Source: Syntrophaceae bacterium UBA5744 (GTDB lineage: Bacteria > Desulfobacterota > Syntrophia > Syntrophales > UBA2192). Taken from it: a stretch of 64,000 bases of DNA. Below are positions 46,790 to 56,278 of the stretch, one piece after another; position 1 is the stretch's first letter, and each line of letters starts with the position of its first letter. Below the pieces are notes generated by a model. The model saw only the letters and a list, made by a program, of their open reading frames with translations. It ran no database searches and was not told the origin of the DNA. The stretch is from the NCBI GenBank assembly GCA_002419215.1, contig DIFQ01000139.1, positions 4,732-68,731 on the forward strand, in the 5' to 3' direction. A program made the position numbers and the translations under genes.

Positions 46790-48307
46790 TCAAGCGATGA
46801 AGAGGTCCTTCGAGGAAAAGTTCGGGTCGCTCGTGAGGTTCACGCCGAGGCGCCTCAGGCCCGCCTCGTCGCCGGGCGTGGGGATGTGCGTCATGTGCAC
46901 CTCGCAGTTCTTCAGTTCCTTGAGTTTCTCCAGGGCCAGCTGCGCAGCCGGGTTGGTCGTCGAGCTGATGGAGAGCGCGATGAGCGTCTCCTCCATGTCG
47001 AGGCTCACGCTCTTCTCGTCGAGGATGCCCGTCTTGAGGTTCCGGACGGCTTCGGTGATGGATTCGGGCAGCAGCTTGATCTTGCCCGGGATCCCGGCCA
47101 GGTGCTTGATGGCGTGGATGACGACACTCGATGCGGCGTGCATCAGCGGAGAGTTGTTTCCCGTGACGATCGTGCCGTCCCGCAACTCGATCGCCGCCCC
47201 GCAGAAGATTCCCTCGTCGCCCTTGTCCTGGGCCTGCGCCTCGCGGGCCGCCTGGCGGGCCGGTTCGACGATCATGCGGTACTCGGGAACGAGGTGGAAG
47301 TCTTTCAGCAGAAGCTCGACACGCTGCACGGTCCCGCGGTCGGCAAACCCCATGGCGTACTCGCAGCGGTACCGGAAGTAGCGCCGGATGAGCTCCTGCC
47401 TGGCGGCCTCGCGGGTCACCTCGTCGTCGACGATGGCAAAGCCCGCGCGGTTCACGCCCATGTCCGTGGGCGACTTGTAGAAGGACTCGCCCCCCGTGAT
47501 CCGCTCCATGATGCGCCTCACCAGCGGGAAGGCGTCCACGTCGCGGTTGTAATTGACGGCCGTTTTCCCGTAGGCCTCCAGGTGGAAGGGGTCGATGATG
47601 TTGAAGTCCCGGATGTCGGCCGTGGCGGCCTCGTAGGCCACATTGACCGGGTGCTTGAGCGGGATGTTCCAGATCGGGAACGTCTCGAACTTGGCGTAGC
47701 CCGAGTGGATGCCGCGCCGGTAGTCGTGGTAGAGCTGCGAGAGGCACGTGGCGAGCTTGCCGCTCCCGGGCCCGGGGCCCGTCACGACGACGAGGGGCTT
47801 TGTCGATTCGATGTAGTCGTTGGCGCCGTAGCCCTCGTCGCTCACGATGAGGTCCACGTCGGTGGGGTAGCCCTTCGTGTAGCGGTGCGTGAAGACCCGG
47901 ATGTCGCGCCGCTCGAGCTTGTTCTTGAACTGCTTCGCCGCGGGCTGGTTCTCGAAGCGCGTGATCACGACGCCCAGCACGCTGATGCCCCGGTTGCGCA
48001 GGTCGTCGATCAGCTTCAGGGCGTCGGCGTCGTAGGTGATGCCGAAATCGGCGCGGATCTTCTTCCGCTCGATGTCGCCTGCGAAGATGCAGAGCAGCAG
48101 GTCAACCTTGTCCTTGAGGTGCTGAAGGAGCCTCAGCTTCACGTTGGGGTCGTAGCCCGGAAGCACGCGGGCCGCGTGGTAGTCGAAAAGAAGCTTCCCG
48201 CCGAACTCGAGGTAGAGGCGGTTGTTGTACTTCGCGACCCGCCCCAGGATCTCCGCCGACTGCTCCTCGATGTACTTCTCGTTGTCGAACCCCACCCTTC
48301 CGTTCAT
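46790..48307 (-). CDS. DUF1846 (UPF0371) family protein
   Basis: 505 aa. The N-terminus GFDNEKYIEEQSAEILGRV ... LYLEFGGKLLFDYHAARVLPGYDPN matches my recollection of UPF0371. Confidence 0.8.
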   Translation of the reverse strand: MNGRVGFDNEKYIEEQSAEILGRVAKYNNRLYLEFGGKLLFDYHAARVLPGYDPNVKLRLLQHLKDKVDLLLCIFAGDIERKKIRADFGITYDADALKLIDDLRNRGISVLGVVITRFENQPAAKQFKNKLERRDIRVFTHRYTKGYPTDVDLIVSDEGYGANDYIESTKPLVVVTGPGPGSGKLATCLSQLYHDYRRGIHSGYAKFETFPIWNIPLKHPVNVAYEAATADIRDFNIIDPFHLEAYGKTAVNYNRDVDAFPLVRRIMERITGGESFYKSPTDMGVNRAGFAIVDDEVTREAARQELIRRYFRYRCEYAMGFADRGTVQRVELLLKDFHLVPEYRMIVEPARQAAREAQAQDKGDEGIFCGAAIELRDGTIVTGNNSPLMHAASSVVIHAIKHLAGIPGKIKLLPESITEAVRNLKTGILDEKSVSLDMEETLIALSISSTTNPAAQLALEKLKELKNCEVHMTHIPTPGDEAGLRRLGVNLTSDPNFSSKDLFIA

Positions 48308-48397
48308 TTCCCCACCTGCCCGGTTACGAAAGTGTAACGCCTACGGGGGTGGAGGTTAACGCTTTTCGGGTGCTTTGTAAAGCCTTTTACCGCCGCA

Positions 48398-49009
48398 TCA
48401 TTTGACCGTGAACGACGACTGGATCTCGTCGGAGGTCGTGTCGGACTTGACGGTGCAGGTCACGATGTAGAGGCCCTTCTTCGCGTCGGCGGGCAGGGTC
48501 AGGGGGATGCTGGCCGTGTAGGTTCCGGCGGACCTCGTCACGCGGACTTCCGGGTTTCCCACCAGCGCCCCGTTGTGCCGGATCTCCCTCTTCTCGGTCA
48601 GCGCGAGCTGCGTGTCCGCCGAAGGGGTGAGCACGGCATAGGTCATCTTCAGGTCGACATTTCCCCCGGCGCTGACGGTCTGCGGCGCGACGGAGACATC
48701 CTCGATCTTGAGCATGGGCCCCTTCGAGGGGTCATAGTTGTACCGTTTTGCCGTATCGGTGCCCGTCCGTTTCTGGTCGTAGTAGTAGTGCCCGATGGCG
48801 CCGCCGACGAGCGCGCCGATGAGGCCGCCGATGACGGCGCTCGAGGCGTCTTTGCCCAGGACGCCTCCCAGAACGGCGCCTGCCGCCGCTCCGACGCCCG
48901 CCCCGGTCGCAGCGCCCTTGTGCTCATCCGGCACCGTCGGCACGGTCTCGCAGCTCGACACGAACACAAAGGCCACGATCACCAGCAATGCAAGAATCCT
49001 GTTTCTCAT
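48398..49009 (-). CDS. Glycine-zipper lipoprotein
   Basis: The ATG at 49009 follows AAGGAGGG. Lipobox VSSC. Glycine zipper GAATGAGVGAAAGAVLGGVLG ... GGLIGALVGGAIG. Confidence 0.7.
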   Translation of the reverse strand: MRNRILALLVIVAFVFVSSCETVPTVPDEHKGAATGAGVGAAAGAVLGGVLGKDASSAVIGGLIGALVGGAIGHYYYDQKRTGTDTAKRYNYDPSKGPMLKIEDVSVAPQTVSAGGNVDLKMTYAVLTPSADTQLALTEKREIRHNGALVGNPEVRVTRSAGTYTASIPLTLPADAKKGLYIVTCTVKSDTTSDEIQSSFTVK

Positions 49010-49180
49010 GGGATGCCCTCCTTTCGGGGTGTTGTCTTGTTGAAGCCTCGAAGCGAAGCAAGAGATGCATGATCCCGGGAACGCCACACTCTGCCTGCCT
49101 GGAAGGGATTGACTCATCGATTATTTTACAACTCCATGCATCCGTTGCAAGGAATACTTGAGCCGGCTATCAGGCGACGC

Positions 49181-49816
49181 TCAGGGCAGCAGGAGGCGGA
49201 TCAGCATCAGGATGACGCGGCGAAAGAGATCGATCAGGGGATCGAGAGCCCCGAGATACAGCAGGCCGACAATGATGAAGAAGCCATAGGGCTCGAGGCG
49301 CAGAAGCACGTATCGCAACTTCTCCGGTGCAAACCCCATGAGGATCTTCGAGCCGTCCAGGGGAGGGATCGGGATCAGGTTGAAGGCCGCCAGCATGATG
49401 TTGATCTGCGCCATGTAGTAGAGGACCGGCGCAAGGACCCCCGACGGGGAGGGCGACAGGAGATGATCGAGCAGGAAGGCCGCAAAGGCCAGGATCAGGT
49501 TCGCGACGACCCCGGCCGCGGAAACGAAGATGAACCCCCTGCGCGGGTCGCGGAGATTTTCGAAATTCACCGGCACCGGCTTTGCCCATCCGAAGCCGAA
49601 CAGGAAAAGCATGAGCGTGCCGATCGGGTCGAGATGCCTGAGCGGGTTAAGGCTGAGCCTGCCCTGCCACCTGGCCGTCTCGTCGCCCATCCGGTGGGCC
49701 ACCCAGCCGTGGGCCAGCTCGTGGATGATGACGGAATACAGAAGCGGTACGGCGACAAGGACGAAGGTGAGGGGGTCCTTGAGCAGCAGATTGAGCAGGC
49801 CCATGCGCGGGTTCAT
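49181..49816 (-). CDS. Site-2 protease family (M50) membrane metalloprotease
   Basis: HELAHGWVAH (HExxH) in a TM helix, and later NLIPIPPLDG. Confidence 0.85.
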   Translation of the reverse strand: MNPRMGLLNLLLKDPLTFVLVAVPLLYSVIIHELAHGWVAHRMGDETARWQGRLSLNPLRHLDPIGTLMLFLFGFGWAKPVPVNFENLRDPRRGFIFVSAAGVVANLILAFAAFLLDHLLSPSPSGVLAPVLYYMAQINIMLAAFNLIPIPPLDGSKILMGFAPEKLRYVLLRLEPYGFFIIVGLLYLGALDPLIDLFRRVILMLIRLLLP

Positions 49817-49978
49817 CTCCTTGCGGCGTCTTTTTCTTTTTGAGCTTGTTTCATTTTACGAAGGCACTGTCAAGGCGGAGTTGGCAGCGCCGCGCAAAAG
49901 GGGTCGCCTGTCCCGTCCGGGACCGGCGACCCCCGCTGTTTTCCGGTGTGCCAAAAAATCTGACTAAACGCCCGTCGC

Positions 49979-51766
49979 CTACTGTGCGCCGCGCATCGAC
50001 GCGGGCCTGGGGATGGGGAGCGTGACTTCCGGAATGGCGATCGTGAAGCGTGCCGGGCTTCTGTTTTCCAGGGCAAGGGCGGCGGCATTCTTTTCGCGCA
50101 GCGTGCGCGGCTCATAGCTCCAGCCCTCCTTCAGCCGTTTTTCCTCGTCCTTGAGCTTCGCCAGGGCGTAGCGGCCGAAAAGGGGCGCCAGGGCCCTCGT
50201 CTTCCAGCCAAAGGTTCCGTAAAAATCCTGCAACAGATCGTCCATTTTCCCGCGCAGCGCTTCGTTTCCCTTGTACCACTCCCGCATGGCCCAGACGGCC
50301 CCCGCGTAGGCCGATTTCAGGGGCGCGGCATCCCAGGCGAAACGGTTGCGGATGCGGGCATCGGGGTGGCCCTTGTATGCCTGCCAGCCCTTCAGCATGG
50401 TGCGGATGAGGCGGTAGAGGCTGGGGCCGTTCACCTCGAAATCCCGGCGGAAGGCGCCGATGAGAAATTCCTCCTCCCGTCCGTCCCGGATGTGCGGGTG
50501 GCGGTAGTTGAAGCGGTACTGGCCGTGGGCATCGGCCGAGGGGAACTCCGATTCGGAAAGGAGCGTCCCGTCGCTGCGGTGCCGTTCGTGCAGAGGCGTG
50601 CCCGGGTTCGGGGTGTAGAGCATGAACTGGTGGAAGTCCGTGTCGTGGCTCACGGCGTAGTCGATGATGCCGTCCATGTTTTCGGGCGTGTGGTTTTCCA
50701 GGCCGATGATGGACGAGCCCAGGACGCGGATGCCGTGCGACTGCAGGGTCTTTACGAGGCTGCGCGTGTCCACGGCTTCGAGCTTGCGGTAGCGGCTGCT
50801 CTCGCCCTCGAGGCCCATCCAGACCCAGACGACCCCCAGCCCCACGAGCTGCTCGATCGAGTAGGACTGCAGCACGCGGGCGGAGCTGAAGACGTTCAAG
50901 GCCCAGCTCTTGCCGTTTTGCTCCATCAGCTCCAGCAGGCGCAGGGCCCGCTTGCGGTGGAGAAGGAAATTCTCGTCGAGCACGAAGAAGGATCGGACGC
51001 GAAGCTTCTCCTCGATCTGGCACATGACGGAGTACAGCTCGTCGCCCGTCTCGTAGAAGTTGATGAACTTTCCCTTGCCGCCGAAGAGGGCCGACGTGGA
51101 GCAGAAGTTGCAGCCCACGGGGCACCCCACCGAGGGGATCAGGATGGCCGCCGTGCGCCCCGGCTTCTGCGGCAGGTCGACGCCCAGGACCCGGGCGCCG
51201 AACCCCGAGTAGACCATGGGGTGACGGACGGGCGCCTTCTCGTTCTCGCCGAGATAGCGCCGGAACCACGAGATCCCGTCGCCCTTCACGATGTGGTCGG
51301 CATCGATGATCCCGTCGAGACCCTCGCGGCTGGCGATGTGTCCGCCGACGACGATGGTTGCTCCGGGCCGGTGCTTGCGGATCCGCTCGCACATCTCTTT
51401 CACCTTGCCCGTGTTGGGCACGATGGAGCTGATCCCCACGATGTCGTATTCGTGGTCCCGGATCTCGAGGGTGAAGTCCTCGAGCGTCGGGTAATCGAGG
51501 ACGGTGCAGGGGGCGTCGATGTTGGCCTGCAGCATCCGCAGGGCAAACGAGGGGTGAAACATGCGAAGGGAGAAGCCTCCCTGGATGCGCGTCACCTGGT
51601 TCTGGTAGAGCTCCATGGGGTTGATCCGGCGGCTCCCGTATTCGTCGTCCTGCGCATAGGGCCCGAAGACGCTGGTCAGCAGGATACGGGCACGGCGGCC
51701 CAGGGGATGGGGGGTCTGCGATTTCGGCATGAGGTTCCTTCCATGGTTCGGATTTGCGGCAATCAT
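49979..51766 (-). CDS. B12-binding-domain radical SAM enzyme
   Basis: N-terminal cobalamin-binding-like domain (DIVGISS ... VVGGHIAS) and a radical SAM cluster motif (GCPVGCNFCS). Alternative start at 51730. Confidence 0.85.
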   Translation of the reverse strand: MIAANPNHGRNLMPKSQTPHPLGRRARILLTSVFGPYAQDDEYGSRRINPMELYQNQVTRIQGGFSLRMFHPSFALRMLQANIDAPCTVLDYPTLEDFTLEIRDHEYDIVGISSIVPNTGKVKEMCERIRKHRPGATIVVGGHIASREGLDGIIDADHIVKGDGISWFRRYLGENEKAPVRHPMVYSGFGARVLGVDLPQKPGRTAAILIPSVGCPVGCNFCSTSALFGGKGKFINFYETGDELYSVMCQIEEKLRVRSFFVLDENFLLHRKRALRLLELMEQNGKSWALNVFSSARVLQSYSIEQLVGLGVVWVWMGLEGESSRYRKLEAVDTRSLVKTLQSHGIRVLGSSIIGLENHTPENMDGIIDYAVSHDTDFHQFMLYTPNPGTPLHERHRSDGTLLSESEFPSADAHGQYRFNYRHPHIRDGREEEFLIGAFRRDFEVNGPSLYRLIRTMLKGWQAYKGHPDARIRNRFAWDAAPLKSAYAGAVWAMREWYKGNEALRGKMDDLLQDFYGTFGWKTRALAPLFGRYALAKLKDEEKRLKEGWSYEPRTLREKNAAALALENRSPARFTIAIPEVTLPIPRPASMRGAQ

Positions 51767-51922
51767 GAACCCCCGAACCCTGGAAGGGAAGCGCTGATTG
51801 GCCTTTTACAATAGTTTTACAGAGCCGGTTTTGCGGCCGAACGATTTGTCCGTTGACACGGGGGGGGCCCCATTATACGGTTCTCCTGCGCGGCAGGCTC
51901 GAGCCTCGCATGGAGAGCATCC

Positions 51923-52924
51923 GTGAACCGGTTCAAGTGGTTCTATCATCCCGTCTTCATCTTCGTCTTTTCCATCGTCGCCCTGGCGGCGTCGCTGGCC
52001 CTCTACATCTACTGGTACATCGAGGTCAGCGCGGGGCTCCGCAACGTCATCGAGAAGTACCAGCTCGACCCCTCCCAGTTCCTCGAGGTCCAGACATGGG
52101 TCGTCATCCTGGTGCTCTCCATCCTGGTGGCGATCATCCTGGCCGGGGTCTTCATCATCTTCATTTACAACCAGAAGACCTTGCAGCTCTACCGGATGCA
52201 GAGAAACTTCATCAACAGCTTCACCCACGAGCTGAAGACGCCCGTGACGTCCCTGAAGCTCTACCTGGAAACCTTTGCGAGGCACGAACTGCCCCGGGAG
52301 GACCGGCTCCGGTATGTCGGTTTCATGATCCACGACGTGGAGAGGCTCCTGGACAACATCAACCGCATCATGGACCTGGCCCGTATCGAGAGCGGCAGCT
52401 ACCGGAAGAATTTCGTCGAGACGGACCCGGTGGACGCCGTCGAGCAGTTCCGCCGCGGCAATGCGGATCTGTTCCGCAACGCGGAGATCCGGGTTCACAA
52501 CCCGGCGGGCAAACCGCTCCGGGTCTCCGTCATCCCCCCGCTCTTCGACATGTTCCTGATGAACATCCTGACCAATGCCGTGAAGTACAACAAGTCGAGC
52601 GTTCCCGCCGTGGACGTCCGCTTCGTTCCCCGGGACAAGGAGCTGCAGCTCCGGTTCGAGGACAACGGGATCGGCATCGAAAAGCCGGATCTCCGGAATA
52701 TCTTCAAGAAGTTCTACCAGGTCGGCTCGACGGACGACATGACGGCGAAAGGAAGCGGCCTGGGTCTCTATCTGGCCCAGCAGATCGCGAAAATCCACCG
52801 GGGGAAACTTGCCGCCGAGAGCAAGGGCAGGGGGAAAGGGGCCGTGTTCATCCTGACCCTGCCGCTGCTGGGCCAGGGGGATCAAGCCGCAGAGGGATCA
52901 AGCGTGAAGAGGAGCCAGTCATGA
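51923..52924 (+). CDS. Sensor histidine kinase (two TM, HisKA plus HATPase_c)
   Basis: H-box FTHELKTPVTSL, N-box LTNAVKYN, G-boxes DNGIGI and GSGLGL. Confidence 0.85.
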   Translation: MNRFKWFYHPVFIFVFSIVALAASLALYIYWYIEVSAGLRNVIEKYQLDPSQFLEVQTWVVILVLSILVAIILAGVFIIFIYNQKTLQLYRMQRNFINSFTHELKTPVTSLKLYLETFARHELPREDRLRYVGFMIHDVERLLDNINRIMDLARIESGSYRKNFVETDPVDAVEQFRRGNADLFRNAEIRVHNPAGKPLRVSVIPPLFDMFLMNILTNAVKYNKSSVPAVDVRFVPRDKELQLRFEDNGIGIEKPDLRNIFKKFYQVGSTDDMTAKGSGLGLYLAQQIAKIHRGKLAAESKGRGKGAVFILTLPLLGQGDQAAEGSSVKRSQS

Positions 52925-53655
52925 AGGACACGGGTCGTAAGCGGATTCTCATCATCGAGGATGACGCGCACATCGCGGAGGGCCTGCGGCTCAACCTCTC
53001 TCTCAAGGGCCACGATGCGGCAATCGCCCTCGACGGCCCCTCGGGCCTGAGGCAGTGGAGGGAATGGAGGCCGGACCTGATCGTGCTGGACATCATGCTG
53101 CCCGGAATCGACGGCCTGTCGATCCTTCGCAGCATCCGGCTCGAAGACGAGAGGCTCCCCATCCTGATCCTCTCGGCAAAGAGCGAGCCCGAGTACCGGG
53201 TCAAGGGGCTTGCCTACGGCGTCGACGACTACCTGTCGAAACCCTTCAACCTCGACGAGTTCCTGCTGCGCGTCGAACGGCTCCTGACGCGGGCCGCCTG
53301 GGGCGTGGAGGGCGGCGATCCTGCCCGGGGGGGCTCTGCCGCGCCGGGGCCCGTGTATGCCTTCGGCGGCAACGTGATCGATTTCGAGAAGTTCACGGCC
53401 CGATGCCGGGCGGGCGAGGTCAGCCTGACGGAGCAGGAGATCAGGCTCCTGAAGCTCTTCATCATCAACCGCGGCAAGCTGCTGTCTCGCAGGGAGCTCC
53501 TGGAGATCGGGTGGGGATACACGGGGGACACGCCGTCACGGACCGTGGACAACTTCATCGTGCGGTTTCGCAAATACTTCGAGGACGACCCCCACCGGCC
53601 GAAATACTTCCGGAGCGTCCGCTCCGTGGGGTACGTTTTCGACCACGATGCCTGA
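52921..53655 (+). CDS. OmpR-family response regulator
   Basis: The ATG at 52921 overlaps the kinase stop. Receiver motifs ILIIEDD, DLIVLDIMLPGIDG and LSAK. C-terminal winged helix (RTVDNFIVRFRKYFE). Confidence 0.9.
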   Translation: MKDTGRKRILIIEDDAHIAEGLRLNLSLKGHDAAIALDGPSGLRQWREWRPDLIVLDIMLPGIDGLSILRSIRLEDERLPILILSAKSEPEYRVKGLAYGVDDYLSKPFNLDEFLLRVERLLTRAAWGVEGGDPARGGSAAPGPVYAFGGNVIDFEKFTARCRAGEVSLTEQEIRLLKLFIINRGKLLSRRELLEIGWGYTGDTPSRTVDNFIVRFRKYFEDDPHRPKYFRSVRSVGYVFDHDA

Positions 53656-53837
53656 ACGGCCGGAGCGTCTGTCGTGACGGTCATCCCGTGATCCTGCAGC
53701 CCTTCTCATCCTTTCCCTGAGAGGGATATCAGGCTTTTCGACGGGGAAAATCCATCGATGGCCGATGGCGTTCGCATGCGCAATCGGTGCATACTGAGGC
53801 CGCAAAAGCTTTCTGAGTATCCCCTCCCCTCTCTTTT

Positions 53838-53878
53838 CTTGCCCCATCAAGGCCCCGCCTGGCACTTGATGGGGCAAG
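53838..53878. other. Isolated 14-bp perfect-stem hairpin
   Basis: CTTGCCCCATCAAG - 13-nt loop - CTTGATGGGGCAAG. There is no U-tract on either strand. Confidence 0.6.
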
Positions 53879-54003
53879 GCCGTTCTGAGGCAAGGATTCT
53901 CGCCATGACGGCGGGATGGCCGCGGTGGCAGGGCCCGGACGGTGCGACGGCGCCCTGAGCACCCGCGGGGTGCGATGACGGCAGCCTTCCGCGACAGGTT
54001 CGC

Positions 54004-54172
54004 AATAAAAACGGGGCTTGCCCGTGAAAGGCAAGCCCCGTTGTCTTCCTGGCGGGTCAGGGTGGAGTTCCTCCGGCAGGCGAACTTGTCTTGAGCTTGT
54101 CGAAGGAGGGCAGGATCACCGCAGACACTTGGATTTCCAGTTGATCACTAAAACAGGCTATTCCCCGTCATT
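54004..54172 (-). ncRNA. Candidate small RNA / repeat module A, copy 1, ending in a minus-strand intrinsic terminator
   Basis: 12-bp perfect stem (54011-54022 / 54030-54041) with a 7-nt loop. On the minus strand it is followed by TTTTTATTG. The ~130 nt upstream on the minus strand are about 70% similar, by eye, to 59651-59782. Confidence 0.3.
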
Positions 54173-54182
54173 TTATTGGACA

Positions 54183-54368
54183 GGCAACAAGATACCACAA
54201 TAGCGTCATTCCCGCGAAGGCCGTTCGACAAGCCCTTCGGCCAGCTCAGGGTCGTGAGCTTGTCGAATCGACTCACGGCCCTGAGCCTGTCGAAAGGGCG
54301 GGAATCCACAAATGACCGGATACCGGATCAAGTCCGGTATGACAGGGTTGCGATGTTCAGTTGCCGCA
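54183..54368. repeat. Repeat module B, copy 1, interrupted by a ~78-nt insertion
   Basis: GGCAACAAGATACC ... CATTCCCGCGAAGG [insertion 54221-54298] CGGGAATCCACAAATGACCGGATACCGGATCAAGTCCGGTATGACAGGGTTGCGATGTTCAGTTGCCGCA. Confidence 0.75.
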
Positions 54369-54481
54369 CTTAAACCTAAACTTTACCTGCGGAAAACGAT
54401 TGGACCAGGCTGTAGTCTGTTGAATCGATTGATTTGCTTTTATGCTTCAATCGATGATAAAAAACACAGCAGTCGTTTAAG

Positions 54482-56194
54482 GTGCAAATGATGTCTCTGC
54501 AGAATAAAGGCAAAAGCATCCCATCGGGGTCCGCGGTTCCTCAAAAACCGAACATGACCCTGAAGACCGCCGAGAAGGAGTTAATGCGGCTGGTCCAGGA
54601 ACTGCAGCGGGCAGAGGAGAAGTACCGGAATATCATTGAGAATATCGGCGTCGGGGTTGCGATGATCGACCCGGCCATGCGGATCCTTACCATGAACCGG
54701 CAGATGCGGGAGTGGTTCCCCCATGTGAACCCCTCCGCTAAGCCCTGCTGTTACAAGTCCTTCAACGACCCGCCGGCAAGAGAAATCTGTTCCTACTGTC
54801 CCACGGTACGTACACTGAGAGATGGTCGGGTCCACGAGGCGGTGACCGATACGCCATCGGGAGAAGGAGTAAAAAATTATCGGATCATCGCGACACCCAT
54901 CACGGATTCCGAGGGCCGTGTCGTGGCGGCGATTGAAATGGTCGAAGACATTACCGACCGCAAGCGCGCCGCAGAGGCTCTGCGTGTCAGCGAGCAGCGC
55001 CATCGATCCTACATTGAATTAACCGGTCAATTGGGCTGGACGACAACGGCCGATGGGTCACTTGTGGAGGACCTTCCCGCATGGAGGGCCTTTACGGGGC
55101 AGAGCGAAGAGGAAATCAAGGGTGCGGGATGGGCAAACGCCCTTCATCCGGACGATGTAGAACGCGCTCTGGAGGCATGGAACAAGGCAATCGCGACGAA
55201 AAGCGCCTATGAGGTCGAGTACCGTGTGCGCAGACATGATGGAGTTTACCGGCATTGGCTGGCCCGCGGTGTCCCTCTCTTCAGGGAAGATGGAAGCGTC
55301 CGGGAATGGATCGGCACCTCGATTGACATCACAGACATAAAACGCGCCGAGGAAGAGCTGAAGAAGTCGGAAAACATGTACCGCACCATCTTTGAAACGA
55401 CTCCTGCGGCTACCATGATCATCGAAGAGGACACGACGATATCCACGGTGAACAGGGAATTCGCGACGCAAACGGGATACGATCCGGGCGAAGTGGAGGG
55501 CAAGAAAAGCTGGACAGAGTTAATCCTGAAAGAGGATGTGGACAGGATGCTGGGGTACCATCGCCTGCGAAGGATCGATCCGGAAGCGGCACCACGAAAC
55601 TACGAGTTTCGATACCTTGACAGAAAAGGGCGGATCCGGGACGTCTACGCGACGGTCGCCATGATGCCGGGGACAAAAAAGACGGTGCTGTCCCTCCTGG
55701 ACATCACGGAACGAAAGCGGGCCGAGGAAACCCTCAGGACGATGGCCGATGACTTGAAGTCCAAAACCCATGCCCTGGAAGAGATGAATGCGGCTTTGCG
55801 GGTGCTGCTGAAACAAAGGGAGGAGGACAAGATCGATCTTGAAAAGAGGATTCTGGCAAGCGTGAGGGAGCTTGTCATCCCGCACCTGGGGGAACTGAAA
55901 AAATGCCTCTCCGGCCAAAAGGAACTCACCCATGTCCACATCCTGGAGTCCAATCTTCAGGGCATCATCTCACCCTTTGCGCAGAAGCTGTCCCTGCAAT
56001 TTTTGCATCTCACGCGGAAAGAAATCCAGATTGCCAATCTCATCAAGGAAGGCAAGACAACAAAAGAGATCGCCCGGTTCATGGATCTGTCCAAGTTCGC
56101 CATCGATACCCACCGTGCCCATCTGAGAAGAAAACTGGGCTTGACCAACAAGAAAGCCAATCTCAGGACCTGTCTTTCATCCATGACCGAGTAG
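54482..56194 (+). CDS. Triple-PAS LuxR-family transcriptional regulator
   Basis: Three PAS/PAC modules separated by DIT(D/E)RKRAEE linkers. C-terminal LuxR HTH (LTRKEIQIANLIKEGKTTKEIARFMDLSKFAIDTHRAHLRRKLG). Start is the GTG at 54482 or the ATG at 54488. Confidence 0.85.
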   Translation: MQMMSLQNKGKSIPSGSAVPQKPNMTLKTAEKELMRLVQELQRAEEKYRNIIENIGVGVAMIDPAMRILTMNRQMREWFPHVNPSAKPCCYKSFNDPPAREICSYCPTVRTLRDGRVHEAVTDTPSGEGVKNYRIIATPITDSEGRVVAAIEMVEDITDRKRAAEALRVSEQRHRSYIELTGQLGWTTTADGSLVEDLPAWRAFTGQSEEEIKGAGWANALHPDDVERALEAWNKAIATKSAYEVEYRVRRHDGVYRHWLARGVPLFREDGSVREWIGTSIDITDIKRAEEELKKSENMYRTIFETTPAATMIIEEDTTISTVNREFATQTGYDPGEVEGKKSWTELILKEDVDRMLGYHRLRRIDPEAAPRNYEFRYLDRKGRIRDVYATVAMMPGTKKTVLSLLDITERKRAEETLRTMADDLKSKTHALEEMNAALRVLLKQREEDKIDLEKRILASVRELVIPHLGELKKCLSGQKELTHVHILESNLQGIISPFAQKLSLQFLHLTRKEIQIANLIKEGKTTKEIARFMDLSKFAIDTHRAHLRRKLGLTNKKANLRTCLSSMTE

Positions 56195-56278
56195 TGTTTT
56201 TTCACACTATTCATCCGCTATTCTTTCATTATTGTTAATCAGGTAAACATTGTTTATTTTACAATTGCGAGAGAAGAG

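Noticed and set aside
54176-54373. Short ORFs inside repeat DNA (54176..54373, 59292..59603, 59269..59562, 32661..32852, 53729..54034)
   Set aside because: They are translations of palindromic repeat modules (e.g. SFPRRRES..., PLTLSAGEGRVRG...). They have no SD, and the same DNA recurs as non-coding repeats.
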